From positions 30,876,001-30,940,000 of the forward strand of contig NC_058372.1 in NCBI RefSeq assembly GCF_018350175.1: a stretch of DNA of 64,000 nt, read 5' to 3'. The notes under the pieces are model-generated. The model was not told the DNA's origin. It did not search any database and was given only the letters and a program-made list of their open reading frames with translations. Below, in pieces: positions 1 through 14,132 of the stretch. Origin of the DNA: Felis catus. Taxonomy: Eukaryota. The translations under genes and the position numbers were made by a program. Position 1 is the first letter of the stretch. Every line of letters begins with the position of its first letter.

Positions 1-599
1 ACTACAAAGACCATGTCAGGACAGCCAGGAGGGGAGGTAGTTTCCTCATTAGGCACAGAATTGTGTCAGAACAGTCCTCTCCATTTTGTGTTGAGACTCA
101 GGTCATTAACCTAGACTTTTTCTCAAGTTTTACTTCTGGGTTCTGGGTCAGAATAACCTTAGTCCACTGCTATCTTTTCCCCTATGGCTAAATAGTCTGA
201 TTCTTGTAATCCCAGGCTCCCTTGTAAGCCCAGGCTCCTATTGAAAATTAATCCATATTTTCTCCCTCTCTCCTTCCCCCTTTCCATTTCTAGGGTTTTT
301 TGAAAAGGCAGGAAGTCTAGAATGAGTCGCAAAAGTTTGATTACACCCTAATCCATGGACAAAGTTTGCTAATTTGTGTTGTATGCCTTAACTGAGAGGG
401 CCACTCTGATGACCCTTCAAAGATCAGCTTCTCTCAGTGAAAAGAAACTGTATTCTGCTACAAATATATTGCTTTGTAATGTTCTCTTATTGTTTTGTGT
501 GTGTATGTTTCAGTTCCAACAGACTCGAGAGGGCAGAGGCCTTGTCTCTATATTTTTGTGTTTCTCCTTCCTTCCTTCCTTCCTTCCTTCCTTCCTCCT

Positions 600-715
600 T
601 CAACAAATGCTTATTGAGCACATGCTATGTTCCAGGCAGCATGCTAGGAATTGAGGGTACATAGATGAATGAGATAGACACAGTCTCTGCTCTCATGGAA
701 CTTCTAGTCCGTCAA
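600..715 (-). mobile_element. L2 LINE 3' fragment, preceded by (CCTT)n
   Basis: ttcaacaaatgcttattgagcac...ctgctctcatggaacttctagtc resembles the L2 terminus. Confidence 0.6.
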
Positions 716-1002
716 GAAAATAGTAATTACAGTAGCACGGAGAAGTGTGAGATGCTATGAGAGTGGATGAAGGATTAGGAGATATTCCTTAGGGATGAGA
801 CATTCTTACTGCCATTCAAAGAATGAGTTAGAACTACCTCTCAGTTCTATAGAACCCATATTGAAAACCACTGAATTAAGTGGTCGACTTTGTCTCTTCA
901 GGTGATCCCCTGTCACCATTGTGACTATAAAAACAAATACAAGCATAGGCACATAAACTCCTAAAGAAAGTAATCCAAAGCATCCAAAATGAAAATATTT
1001 TT

Positions 1003-1233
1003 GTATATTTTTAAATTTTTATTTATTTTTTATTAAAAATTTTTTAATGTTTATTTTTTGAGAGAGAGAGACAGAGGGTGAGCAGGGGAAGGGCAGAGAG
1101 AGAGAGGGAGACACAGAATCCAAAGCAGGAGCTGTCAGCACAGAGCCAGACATGGGGCTCAAACCTACAAACTGTGAGATCATGACCTGAGCCAAAGTGG
1201 GACACTTAACTGACTGAGCCACCCAGGTGTCCC
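1003..1233 (-). mobile_element. CAN-SINE (felid type)
   Basis: tRNA-derived head, (CT)n, A-rich tail, TSD gaaaatattttt on both sides. Confidence 0.9.
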
Positions 1234-2379
1234 GAAAATATTTTTTTTTAATAAATAAAATTTGAATTTCATCAAAATGAAAACACATTTAAATTTTATG
1301 TAAGAAGACTCGGAATTCTCAGAGGAGGACTCCATGGATCTTTAGATTTCCCAGGTCTCAGCTTGAGAAACAGAGGAGTAGGAAGGGACAAAGATGTGAA
1401 GACTCAGAAATGGGGAAAAGCATAGGTTCTTCCCCAAAGTGTTGCTGCATGAATGTTAACTGACTCACTGCTTGCTCTCTCCTGGTTCCCTGCCCCTTGA
1501 GCCTCATCATGTGGGGGCTCCGCTCTCTAGGGATAGTCACCAAGGAATGGGGAAGAAGTGGGGAAACACGCTAGGAGGATTATATCCCCAGGCCTGACTA
1601 GAGAACATGGGATCTGAGTCTGAGGAGGACACAAAGAGGATGACAAGTGAAAATTTGCTTACCTGTTGGGGTAGAGCCTTGGACTGAAGAGTGAGGAAGG
1701 AACACTGTTTCTCATCTTTCTCTTTCCCCTAAAGATTTGAGAATGAACTGGAAGAAGAGCAGCCTTGAGGGAAAGAGATGAAAAGGAACTTTCTTCTCCA
1801 AGTGACTAGATTCAATCCCAACCTCCCACTACAAGTGTCTCCTGCTCTCCCTCTTCTTTTGGTGTTTCAGGGACTAACCTCACAGCACCAAATTGTATGG
1901 GTGCTTTGGAACATGACTTACCTTGTGTCTAAGACATTTCTCCTGTCTCAGGTGAAAGGGATGGGAGGGAGTAGCACACAGGAACCTCTGGAAAGGAAAT
2001 GAGATCATAGGAGACTCTGTGTTAAGAAAGTCAGAGAGACATCTTGGGAGAATGGAAGGACTTGGGGTGGGGGTGGGGTCACTGCTTTTGCAATCTGTGA
2101 TTATAGACAATAGACCCTATTCTGGAATAATTCTTCCTTCATCCAAGTCATTATAAAGGACATTTAATGCCTTGTTGAAGATCATTCTGAGGGAAATCTC
2201 CACATATGACAAGTTTGTGAGGATTTACCTGTAAATAATTGTTTTTAAACCCCACCTGGTGTCATTTCTGTCCTGTCTTTCTTCTTTCTTCTTTCTTTTT
2301 TCTGAGTCATCTCTTTTCAAGGTAACTCAGAGTATCTGGCCATATTCTGGTGCTCTCCTTGCCCTATCTTATAAGGGCA

Positions 2380-2382
<3 letters not shown>

Positions 2383-2427
<45 letters not shown>
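2383..2427. repeat. (GT)n microsatellite
   Basis: Seen directly. Confidence 0.95.
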
Positions 2428-2431
<4 letters not shown>

Positions 2432-2730
2432 AATTGAAGGATAGTTGACACACAATGTTACATTAGTTTCAGGTGTACAATGTAATGACTGGACAAGACT
2501 ATATGTTATGCCACGCTCAACCACAAGTGTAGAGCCCGTTTGTCACTATACAGTATTATCGTAATAGCATTGACCGTATTCCCTATGTTGAACTTTTAAT
2601 CCCTGTGACTTATTCATTCCACAACTAGGAGCCTGTATTCCCTGTTCTTCATACACTTTGCCCATCTCCTTGCCTTCCTCCCCTCTGGCAGCCATCAGTT
2701 TGTCCTCTGTATTTATGGGTCTGTTTCTGC
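2428..2730 (-). mobile_element. L1 3' end fragment
   Basis: tagttgacacacaatgttacattagtttcaggtgtacaa...ccctctggcagccatcagtttg matches a typical L1 3' UTR. Confidence 0.8.
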
Positions 2731-3679
2731 TCCACGGGGGCGTTGTTTTGCCGTCATCAAAGATCCAACCTGATGGCAGAAGCTGAGAGAAGAGGTTCAG
2801 GAACTGGTGCAAGATAATTTGTGAGCTGGTGGTTGTTCCTTGTTGTCTCCATACACACAAAGCTTATGGCACTTGCCCTCTAAATGGGTGAAGTAAGATT
2901 CTTATTCATTCAATAATCTTTACTGAGTACTCAGAACTTGTCAATGGAACACAGAGAGAAATATAGAGAGAGCCCCACCAGCAGTCTAATAGGGTAAGGT
3001 CATAGTTAACAAAAGCTCCAGAGGCAAGCATACAACTGATAAGTGGCAGGGAGGTTATTTCCAACTGGAGGGTGATCTGAAAAGGAGTCCAGGGGGTTGA
3101 GTCATGGAGGATGGACATGATTTTGACCTGCAGAGATTGCAAGCATTTGTTTATTGCAGGTGAAGGAAGCAATACAAGTCAGGAGAGATAAGGAAATGAA
3201 AGCCACTTTACATCCAGTATTATTCATCTCTGGCTTGTCAATCTCAGCTTTCTCAGAGATCTCAATATCCCATGCGGGCTGCCCTGTCACCAGGCATCAA
3301 GCTGGTTGGAATTTTTTATACCCTCACATTCCCCTGCATTCCATACTCACCACATGGCACCATATGCTGCAGTTACTCTCTGCGATTTATCATCAGCACG
3401 AGAGACAAAAATTCTAGCTTTCCAAAGGCTAAATAAATTTCCCCTTCTGTTTAGCTTTGGTGGTTTCTGTGGTTTTAGTTCTGCTGGGATTTATGTCAAA
3501 ATTGTTCCTCCCTCCTCTGCTCCCAAAGCATTTTAGGGTTGTATTAGATGCAGGGTTTTCAGGCAGGATGAAGCAGTGAAAGGCAGACTTTTCCACAGTG
3601 AAATGTTTAATGATAAGAGCTGCTCTTTACCGAATCTTGGCCATGCATTATGACCACAATACCAGGCACAGGGCTGTTT

Positions 3680-3875
3680 TGTATTTATTTTTTAATGTTT
3701 ATTTATTTTTGAGAGAGAGAGAGAGAGAGCATGGGAGGGGCAGGAGAGAGAGGGGGAGAGAAGGATCTGAAGCAGGCTCCTTGCTGACAACGGTGAGCCC
3801 ATTATGGAGCTCCAACTTATAAACCATGAGATCATGACCTGAGCTGAAGTAGGACACTTAATCGACTGAGGCCCC
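3680..3875 (-). mobile_element. CAN-SINE (older, diverged)
   Basis: gagatcatgacctgagctgaagt core, (GA)n, flanking gctgtttt. Confidence 0.85.
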
Positions 3876-4319
3876 TTGTGCTGTTTTTAATCATGATGAG
3901 GAGAAGCTTCCTTGTAGAGGTGATATTTGTGCAAAGACATGAATGAGCAAGGGAGCAGGCGTGCAGATAACTGGAGGAAGAGTGTCCAGGAAGACAAAAA
4001 CAGGAGTGCAAAGGCCCTAGGCAGAAAGGAATTGGATTTTTATGTTAAATTCCTAGCGGCTCAGAGACCAGCAAGGAGGCCAGAGTGGGTGAAGCCGAGT
4101 AAACAAGGCAAAGGGTGGGAGGAGATGAAGTCAAGGAGGTGGGGAAGAAACAAGGTCTGGTAGGCTTCATAGGCCAACATATTTTGGATCTTATTCTAAG
4201 TGTATATATGGTAGCCACCAGAAGGTTTGAGCAAGGTGAGTGATAGCATCTGGTAATTAACAAGATCACTCTGGTGCTCGCTTGGGCAAGATGTATAATA
4301 AAAGGTCACTTTGATTTCT

Positions 4320-4545
4320 TTTTTTTTTAATTTTTTCTTTTTTAACGTTTATTTATTTTTGAGACAGAGAGAGGCAGAGCATGAACAGGGGAGGGGCAGA
4401 GAGAGAGGGAGACACAGAATCTGAAACAGGCTCCAGGCTCCGAGCTGTCAGCACAGAGCCCGACGCGGGGCTTGAACTCACGGTCCGTGAGATCATGACC
4501 TGAGCCGAAGTCGAACCTTAACTGACGGAGCCACCCAGGCGCCCC
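4320..4545 (-). mobile_element. CAN-SINE (young, CpG-rich) inserted in L2-like DNA
   Basis: Full-length; TSD aag(g/a)tcactttgatttct at 4302-4319 and 4546-4563. Confidence 0.95.
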
Positions 4546-4954
4546 AAGATCACTTTGATTTCTGCATGGAGAATGGACTGTATCAGTCAAAAATGGAAGC
4601 AGAAAATCCAGTTAAGGGGTTAGTCAAGGGACAATGGTAGCTGTGGGAGCTTGGATTAGGCAGAGGATCAAGGGAAGGGTCCTGAAGCCCTCTAATATGT
4701 AGGTGTCTGGAAGAGGAGTAGGAGCTGTCAATGAAGACTAAAGGAGCAGCAAGTAAGGAATTAGGGAATACAATACTTTTTTTTAGTTGGATCCAGAAAG
4801 AGTATTAAAGTGAAGAAAGCATTTCAAGGAGGAAGAAGTGTTCGACTGTGTCACATATTGCTGATGGTCTAGTTCAGCATTTCTCAATCTTGACACAGGT
4901 ATATTACAAAGTAATTTAATGAACATCATGCAGCTTAAGAAATAAAATCTCCCT

Positions 4955-5161
4955 GGGGCACCTGGGTGGCTCAGTTGGTTGAGAGTCCGACTTCGGCTCA
5001 GGTCATGATCTCATGGTCTGTGAGTTCGAGTCCCGCGTCGAGCCTCAGCAGGCCTGGAGTCTGCTTCAGATTCTGTGTCTCCCTCTCTCTCTGTCCCTCC
5101 CCTGCTCATGCTCCGTCTCTCTCTGTCTCAAAAATAAATAAAAACATTAAAAAAGATTTTG
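4955..5161 (+). mobile_element. CAN-SINE
   Basis: ggggcacctgggtggctcag head; perfect 17-bp TSD agaaataaaatctccct. Confidence 0.95.
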
Positions 5162-6674
5162 AGAAATAAAATCTCCCTGCCATTGTTAAAGTTCCCTGTG
5201 TGTCCCTCTCCAATTGGATTTCCTCTCCTGCCAAGGGGTATCTACTATTCTGAATGTTGTGCTTTCACTGCATAGGTAAATAGAAAATGAGAGGTTTTTT
5301 TTTTTTTCCTTCTCAAACGTGAGCTGTATTATTACAGCATCTTTGTATGATGATGGGAATGTTTCAGTAAAGAGGGGGAAACTGATTATGTAGGAGAGGT
5401 AGGAGATAATTTTAAGAGTCTCATTTCTGAAAGGTGGGAAGGGACAAGACCCCAATGTACAGATGGGGTGGCGACTGGGAGCAGGTCAGCTTCTCTGCAG
5501 TAACAAGAAGGCAATAAATACAGCTGAAAACCAAATGAACTAGTAGATTTGAGGGTGGAACCAGGGGGAAGTTCTCTTCTGAAATTTTCTGTTTTCTCAC
5601 TGAATAGGAAGGAAGATTGCCATCTTGTGAAATTGCAGTCTCAGACTTGGGGGATGTGAACAGTTTGGGGCAATGTGAGCTTGCAGGCCATACTGAGGGC
5701 TGATAGGAAGTGAGACCAGTCAATATGACTGTGTATTTTCCCCCAGACATATTCAGCTGTTGGTGGCAGGTGCGGAGCAGGCAGAATTGGATTTAACCAG
5801 GACTAAAATGTGTCTGAATGAGAGGGGCCAGGAATAAAAGGGCAAGGGCTGAGAGGTGATGACAGTATTGAACCGTGAGATCTATACTGGGTAATGAGGG
5901 AAGCGAAAAATTGAGGGGAACAAATATGAAAGAAGAGTGAGAGAGTCGATGGATGGAAAGTCTGGGTGGGATTGAAGAACTTTTGGAATGAGGTACTGAA
6001 TGGAAGAAGGGGTGACATGCAAAGACTGAACAGATTTGGGAGGGGTGGCAGTTATTGATGGTAACCCAGCTGGAGGCAGGACACAGAGAGAAGAGTGGCT
6101 AAGGAGTGGGGGAAAACCTTGGTGGAAGTGATGAAGCCCAGGAATTGATCAGGGTGCTGGATGGTTATTTACAGGGCTATTCAAGCCCCCCCCCCCCCCC
6201 CCGCCCCGCAAAGTAATGAAATGACAGACGTGGTGGTAAAGAGGAAGGAAGGCAGTAACCTATGTACTGAATCTTCAATGAACGAGGGGGAATGATGACC
6301 CAGAATCAAATGATTGGGGGAATCAGACCTCCCAAATAGATGTTAGAAGGGTCCAGAGCCTCTCCTAGAGGATGGGATCTCTGTCTGTAGTGGTGCAAGA
6401 ATCAAGAGCACCACACAGGGAAGGAATTCAGGTAAACGGGGAGGGAAATCAAATTGGAATACACTTCTTAAGGGAGGAATCTGGGTGAAGAGATCTGGAG
6501 GAAGCCATTGTCATTCATTTCTTCCTCTGCCTAATTCTTTTCCATTCAATTGAGTTCAAAGAGTGGTACAAGAGGTTTTATCTGATGAGGATCTGAAAAC
6601 CAGAGCAAACCAAATTTGGCTCCTGCCTTCTAGTAGCTCACAAAGTGAGATATTTACATCAAGACCTCAGGTGG

Positions 6675-7124
6675 GGGGTGCCTGGGTGGCTCAGTGGGTT
6701 AAGCCTCTGGCTCTTGGGTTCAGCTCAGGTCATGATCTCACAGTTCTGGGGTTCGAGCCCCGTGTTGGACTAGCACCTGCACAGCCTGCTTGGAATTCTC
6801 TCTTCCTGCCCCCCCCCCCCCAATAAGTAAATAAACTTTCATTTATTTTTGTAAGGATTTTTAAAAGGTTTATTTATTTATTTTGAGAGAGAGCGCGCGC
6901 GCATGAGCAGGGGAGGAGCAGAGAGAGAGCAGGACAGAGGATCTGAAATGGGCTCTGCACTGAAAGCAGTGAGCCTGATGTGGGGTTCCAACTCACAAAC
7001 CATGAGATCATGACCTGAGTCGAAGTCAGATGCTTAACTGACTGAACCACCCAGGTGTCCCTAAGTAAATAAACGTTAAAAAAAAAAACAAACCCAAAAC
7101 AGAAACAAACAAAAACAACAACAT
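6675..7124 (+). mobile_element. CAN-SINE with a second SINE inside its tail
   Basis: Head at ~6675, tail resumes at 7062; flanking ctcaggtggg at 6666 and 7125. Confidence 0.85.
6837..7061 (-). mobile_element. CAN-SINE, nested
   Basis: TSD taagtaaataaac at 6824-6836 and 7062-7074. Confidence 0.9.
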
Positions 7125-7274
7125 CTCAGGTGGGAAGACAGGGAACATCCAGATAAAGTGAACAATGTGTAGGTTTTAGATCTGCATACCTTTCTCTCAA
7201 AGAAAGTTGCTCTAGTTGAAGCCATAGGCTCCTCCCTCCTCCTCCCTTTGTGGTCCCTAAACTTCCTCTAAGCC

Positions 7275-7450
7275 TATGGTTCGCAATCTTGGCTGCCCTT
7301 TGGAATTACCTGGGGATGTCTAAAAAAATATTGATGCCTGAGTCTCACCCTTAGAGACTGTGATTTAATTGGTTCAGGATGTGACCTGGGCTTTGGGATT
7401 TTTAAAAGCTCCCAGATGACTCTAATGTATAGCCAGGGGTGAGAATCATT
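7275..7450. mobile_element. MER5-family hAT-Charlie MITE
   Basis: Degenerate terminal inverted repeats tggttcgcaa / tgagaatca; internal ttaaaagctcccagatgactctaatg. Confidence 0.7.
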
Positions 7451-8329
7451 GCTCCAAGGAATGCCTGGAGCTCTGTTTAGAAGTGATTGCTTTAGTCAAA
7501 TCCATAGGAGAGAAATTCCTTCCTGCTTGAGTTGGGGTGAATTGATCTGAGCCCTAAAGGATAGGTAAATTTTGGCCAAGTGGAGACGCAAATGTGGACG
7601 GAGAACATCGTGAGCTCAAGCTTAGATGTGGTCCGAAACACATGACAAGCAGCAAACAATTTGGCTTGTAAGAGACAGAGTTTAGAGAAAGAGGTCTGAG
7701 ATTTGAGAACAGCTGGGCAAAAACCTGGGGGTGGAATGATGAGTAATGCAGTTTGGTCGGAGATTAGGATGAAGAGAGAAAGCTGGATGGTTTTAAATTA
7801 TGGAAGGGAGTGAAGGCCAGATTACAATTTTATAAATAATTGAGTAAGCAGTAGGGAATCTTGAAGGAGTTTTGAGAAGTGGAGTTATAAAAAAAAAAAA
7901 AGCATGTTTAGGGAGGGTAACCTGACAGCAGTGTTGAGGGAGACTTGGAGCTGCGAGAGGTAGGAGAGGTAGGAAGTAGGGAGATCGTTTAGAGGAGCTG
8001 TTGCAGCAATCCCAGATGAGGTCATTATTCAGACAAGCGCTGGGGAAAACTTACAGATTCAAAAGATATTGTGATGATAAAATTGATTTAGCTTGACAGC
8101 ACACCAAAAAGTAAAGGCAGGAGAAAGATGGAGGGAACATTAAGTTTTCAGATAAGGGTGATGGGGAAAATGGTGCCATTAAGAGAGACAGGGAAGCAGG
8201 TTTTCAGTAGCATCTCATCATTTTGGTTTGGAACATGCTGACTTTAGAGGACAAGCAGTATGGTCCATGTGGCCGTATTCCACAGGCACTGGAAGAATGC
8301 CTGCATATACATATATAGGTTGGAGAATG

Positions 8330-8908
8330 TCTCTGACAACTCAGACTGCTGTAACAAAATACCACAAACTGTGAATGGCTTATAAACAACAGGAGTTATT
8401 TCTCACAGTTCTGGAGGCCGGGAAGTTTAAGATCCAGGTGGTGGCAGATTTGGTGTAAGGTGAGAGCCCCNNNNNNNNNNNNNNNNNNNNNNNNNNNNNN
8501 NNNNNNNNNNNNNNNNNNNNNNNNNNNNNNNNNNNNNNNNNNNNNNNNNNNNNNNNNNNNNNNNNNNNNNNNNNNNNNNNNNNNNNNNNNNNNNNNNNNN
8601 NNNNNNNNNNNNNNNNNNNNNNNNNNGAGAGAGAGGGAGACACAGAATCTGAAGCAGGCTCCAGGCTCCAAGCTGTCAGCACAGAGCCCGATGTGGGGCT
8701 CGAACTCATGAACCATGAAATCATGACCTGAGCTGAAGTCAGATGCTCAACCAATTGAGCCACCCAGGCGTCCCAAGGGCATTAATCTTATTCATGAGGG
8801 TCTGTCCTCATGACTAATCACTTCCCAAAGGCCCCACCATCACGCTGAGGATTAGATTTCAACTGATCTAATTAATTTGAGGAGAACACGAACATTTGGT
8901 CCATGGCA
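8330..8908 (-). mobile_element. MLT1-type MaLR solo LTR, interrupted by an N-gap and a SINE
   Basis: gctgtaacaaaataccacaaactg...tctcacagttctggaggc...aagatccagg is diagnostic. Confidence 0.8.
8627..8774 (-). mobile_element. CAN-SINE, tail in N-gap
   Basis: cacagaatctgaagcaggctccaggctc...gccacccaggcgtccc. Confidence 0.9.
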
Positions 8909-9754
8909 GAAAAACATTTAGTTAGAAATGATCTCTGAATTTGGAGTGGATGGGAAAGTCTCAGAAAAGGGTAAAATCTAGAGATAGACACTTAGGGGAA
9001 GGGAGGGAAAAAAAAGAGGGGGGGCATGATTTGAAGTATGTACAGAGGTGGGGGGGGAGGGATAACATGTCCGTGAACTAGGTGAGTGGAGAATCTAGGG
9101 ACAAGGGACAAACATGGGAGGGTTGAGAAAGGCACTGCATATATACTGTGCAAATGCCATTGATTTTGGTTCCTAGTAATTTCTGGTAACTTTGGTTCTT
9201 GGCAACTTCTGGTATTTGAGAGAGCAGTTTCAGTAGAGGAGGGAGTGGAAATATGTTTTAAAGGGTTAAGAAATAGTGGGTATGAAAAAAAGAGAGACAC
9301 AGACACATCTCTGACAATACTTATATAAGGGAGGGGGGAATGAGTAGGTGGTGAGGAAGTGGAAGCTGCAGATGTGAATTCTTTTTTCAAGATCTTTGGT
9401 GAACAAAACACATTAAATCTGAAACGTCCAAAGGGGAACCCATGATTTCCATAGTCCATCTCATCCTTCTCCCATGTCTCCTATCTTGGTGCATGGTTTT
9501 CCTTCAGATTCTCAACTCCATGAGGTCGGTGTTCACATCTATTGTCTGGGCAGATGTCTTGCCAGCATCCTGCATGGCGTCTGCATGTTGTATGAATGCA
9601 CAAATTCAGCATAGAACCCTATCCTGCAGGTGTACAGATGGATACCAAGTCCACTGCTTATGCACCCCTACACCAGAGGCCTCCTGGTTGACCTCAGGGT
9701 ACCAGTGGGCAACTAGCCCTAGCTGGACTTGAGAGCCTAGTGACTCTGGGGCTG

Positions 9755-10105
9755 TGCTGTGGTCTGAATANNNNNNNNNNNNNNNNNNNNNNNNNNNNNN
9801 NNNNNNNNNNNNNNNNNNNNNNNNNNNNNNNNNNNNNNNNNNNNNNNNNNNNNNNNNNNNNNNNNNNNNNNNNNNNNNNNNNNNNNNNNNNNNNNNNNNN
9901 NNNNNNNNNNNNNNNNNAGCTCCCTTGCCCCTGCCACCATGTAAGGATACAATGAGAGGTCTGTAACTCAGAAGAGGGCCCTCACCCAACTATACTGGCA
10001 GCCTGCTGTCAGACTTCCAGCCTTCAGAACTGTGAAAAATAAATTTCTGTTACTTATAAGTCACCGAGTCAATAGCATTTTTGTTCTAGCAGCCTGTGTG
10101 GACTG
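9755..10105 (+). mobile_element. MLT1-type MaLR solo LTR, partly N-masked
   Basis: tgctgtggtctgaat start; gacttccagccttcagaactgtgaaaaataaatttctgtt near the end. Confidence 0.8.
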
Positions 10106-10649
10106 CGATGGCCTCCCATAGCACTCTGCTCCCTTTGCCTTCCCCATGCAGGTACAACATACCATGCAGGGCTCTAATCCAAGTTGTTTACCACCCTCCA
10201 GCCTGAAGGCAGGAACAGCTGTAAGCAGTTGGCATCTTTTCCCTGTCACCCTATTAGAATAGTCTGTCCTTTTCTCCCGGTTTTCCTGGAATTCTGGGAT
10301 AGATACTTGGGTCTACTTGTAAATTCCCTCTCTTCAAAGCCCTAAGCCCAGTCTAATAGAAAGTGAAAAATGTGTGCTGGGGGAAAGAAATCCCCACCAA
10401 GAATGGACCCCATACCAGATTTCCCTGGAAGGATTCCTAAGGAGCCTCCCCTCCCCCCTCCCATGATTGTGTCTGTCTCTGTGGTGTCTTGGGAATCTGT
10501 CTCCTCCCACATTTGTCTCTGTCAGTTTTCTTTTATCTTTCTTTCCCTCGGAAGGGAAGCTAAGAGGAGGTAAAAGAGGGAACCAAAGGAGGAGGGTCTT
10601 TGTAAGGCGGCAGTCTTCGGAATTGCGGGTGATAAATCCACTTAGTCTC

Positions 10650-10655
10650 TTTAAT
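10650..10655 (-). terminator. Probable PRRT1 poly(A) signal (ATTAAA)
   Basis: tttaat on + strand, about 0.9 kb past the PRRT1 stop. Confidence 0.5.
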
Positions 10656-11530
10656 ATTCTTTCAGAAATTCACACACACACTCACGCACAAATCAGAACA
10701 AGGTAGGGACTGCCGAGGGGAGCGGGGAACGGGGCTGGCTCCTCCTGACGTTGGGAGGTCCTACCCTGGGTTACCTTCTGCCCGGCTGCCCACTGATCAG
10801 AATAGGTGGAAGGGAATATTTACAGAGAACGGGGACGTTCGTCATCCCGGGGTGAAAGGTCCTAAACTGGGAACCTCCGAAATCTCATTCCAAAATTACC
10901 AAAAGTAGAGGTTCTGGGATTAGCAAGAAAATAGTAAGAGACCTGGGTGGAGAAGACAAAACTGTACCACCAAAAATGAGAGAGCGTGGGGGCGTGACTA
11001 CCTCGGGGCTAGGTCCCCGCGCCAGGAGAAGGGGAGGAGTGTGTCAGTCTGGGGGCGAGGCCTAGCGCCACAACCCAATCACCGGACGCAATCACCTCGC
11101 GGGGAAGGAAAAGAAGGCGGAGCCTGCCGCCCTGGAGGCGGGGTTTTGACAGAGCCAGGGCGGAGCCTATAGGGGAGGCGGGGCTTTGGGGACCGGTCTC
11201 CCAGCTGCGAGCGGAGACCCAAGGAGCTCCGCTGGGGTCGCTGCATTTAGAGGCGGCGGGGTACTGGAGTGACTGAGGGCGCGGCATTTGGCGGGGATCC
11301 CGGAAAATGGCATCCCTTGGGGGGGGTGTGGGTTTTTTCGGGGTTCCTGAGGAACTGGATTCGGAGCGTGCCCGCAAGGCGAGAGGTTCCGTGGAGGCAG
11401 AGTTTAGGATGTATCGAAATTCGGTGGCCCCAGAGGCATGTGTGCGGGGCACCCACTGGATCCGCTGCGTGGCTGCAGAACGCGCTTGGGAGGTTGAGGG
11501 GCGCGGGGCGGGGCCAGGCCGGGTGCGTCT

Positions 11531-14132
<2,602 letters not shown>

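Noticed and set aside
4342-4590. Short ORFs such as 4342-4590, 1019-1288, 4966-5169, 8380-8763
   Set aside because: Translations of CAN-SINE sequence.
4955-5030. tRNA-like A/B boxes
   Set aside because: SINE heads, not tRNA genes.
10775-10792. 18-nt AG...GT microexon-like unit on the minus strand
   Set aside because: Lies within the PRRT1 3' UTR with a weak pyrimidine tract; probably chance.
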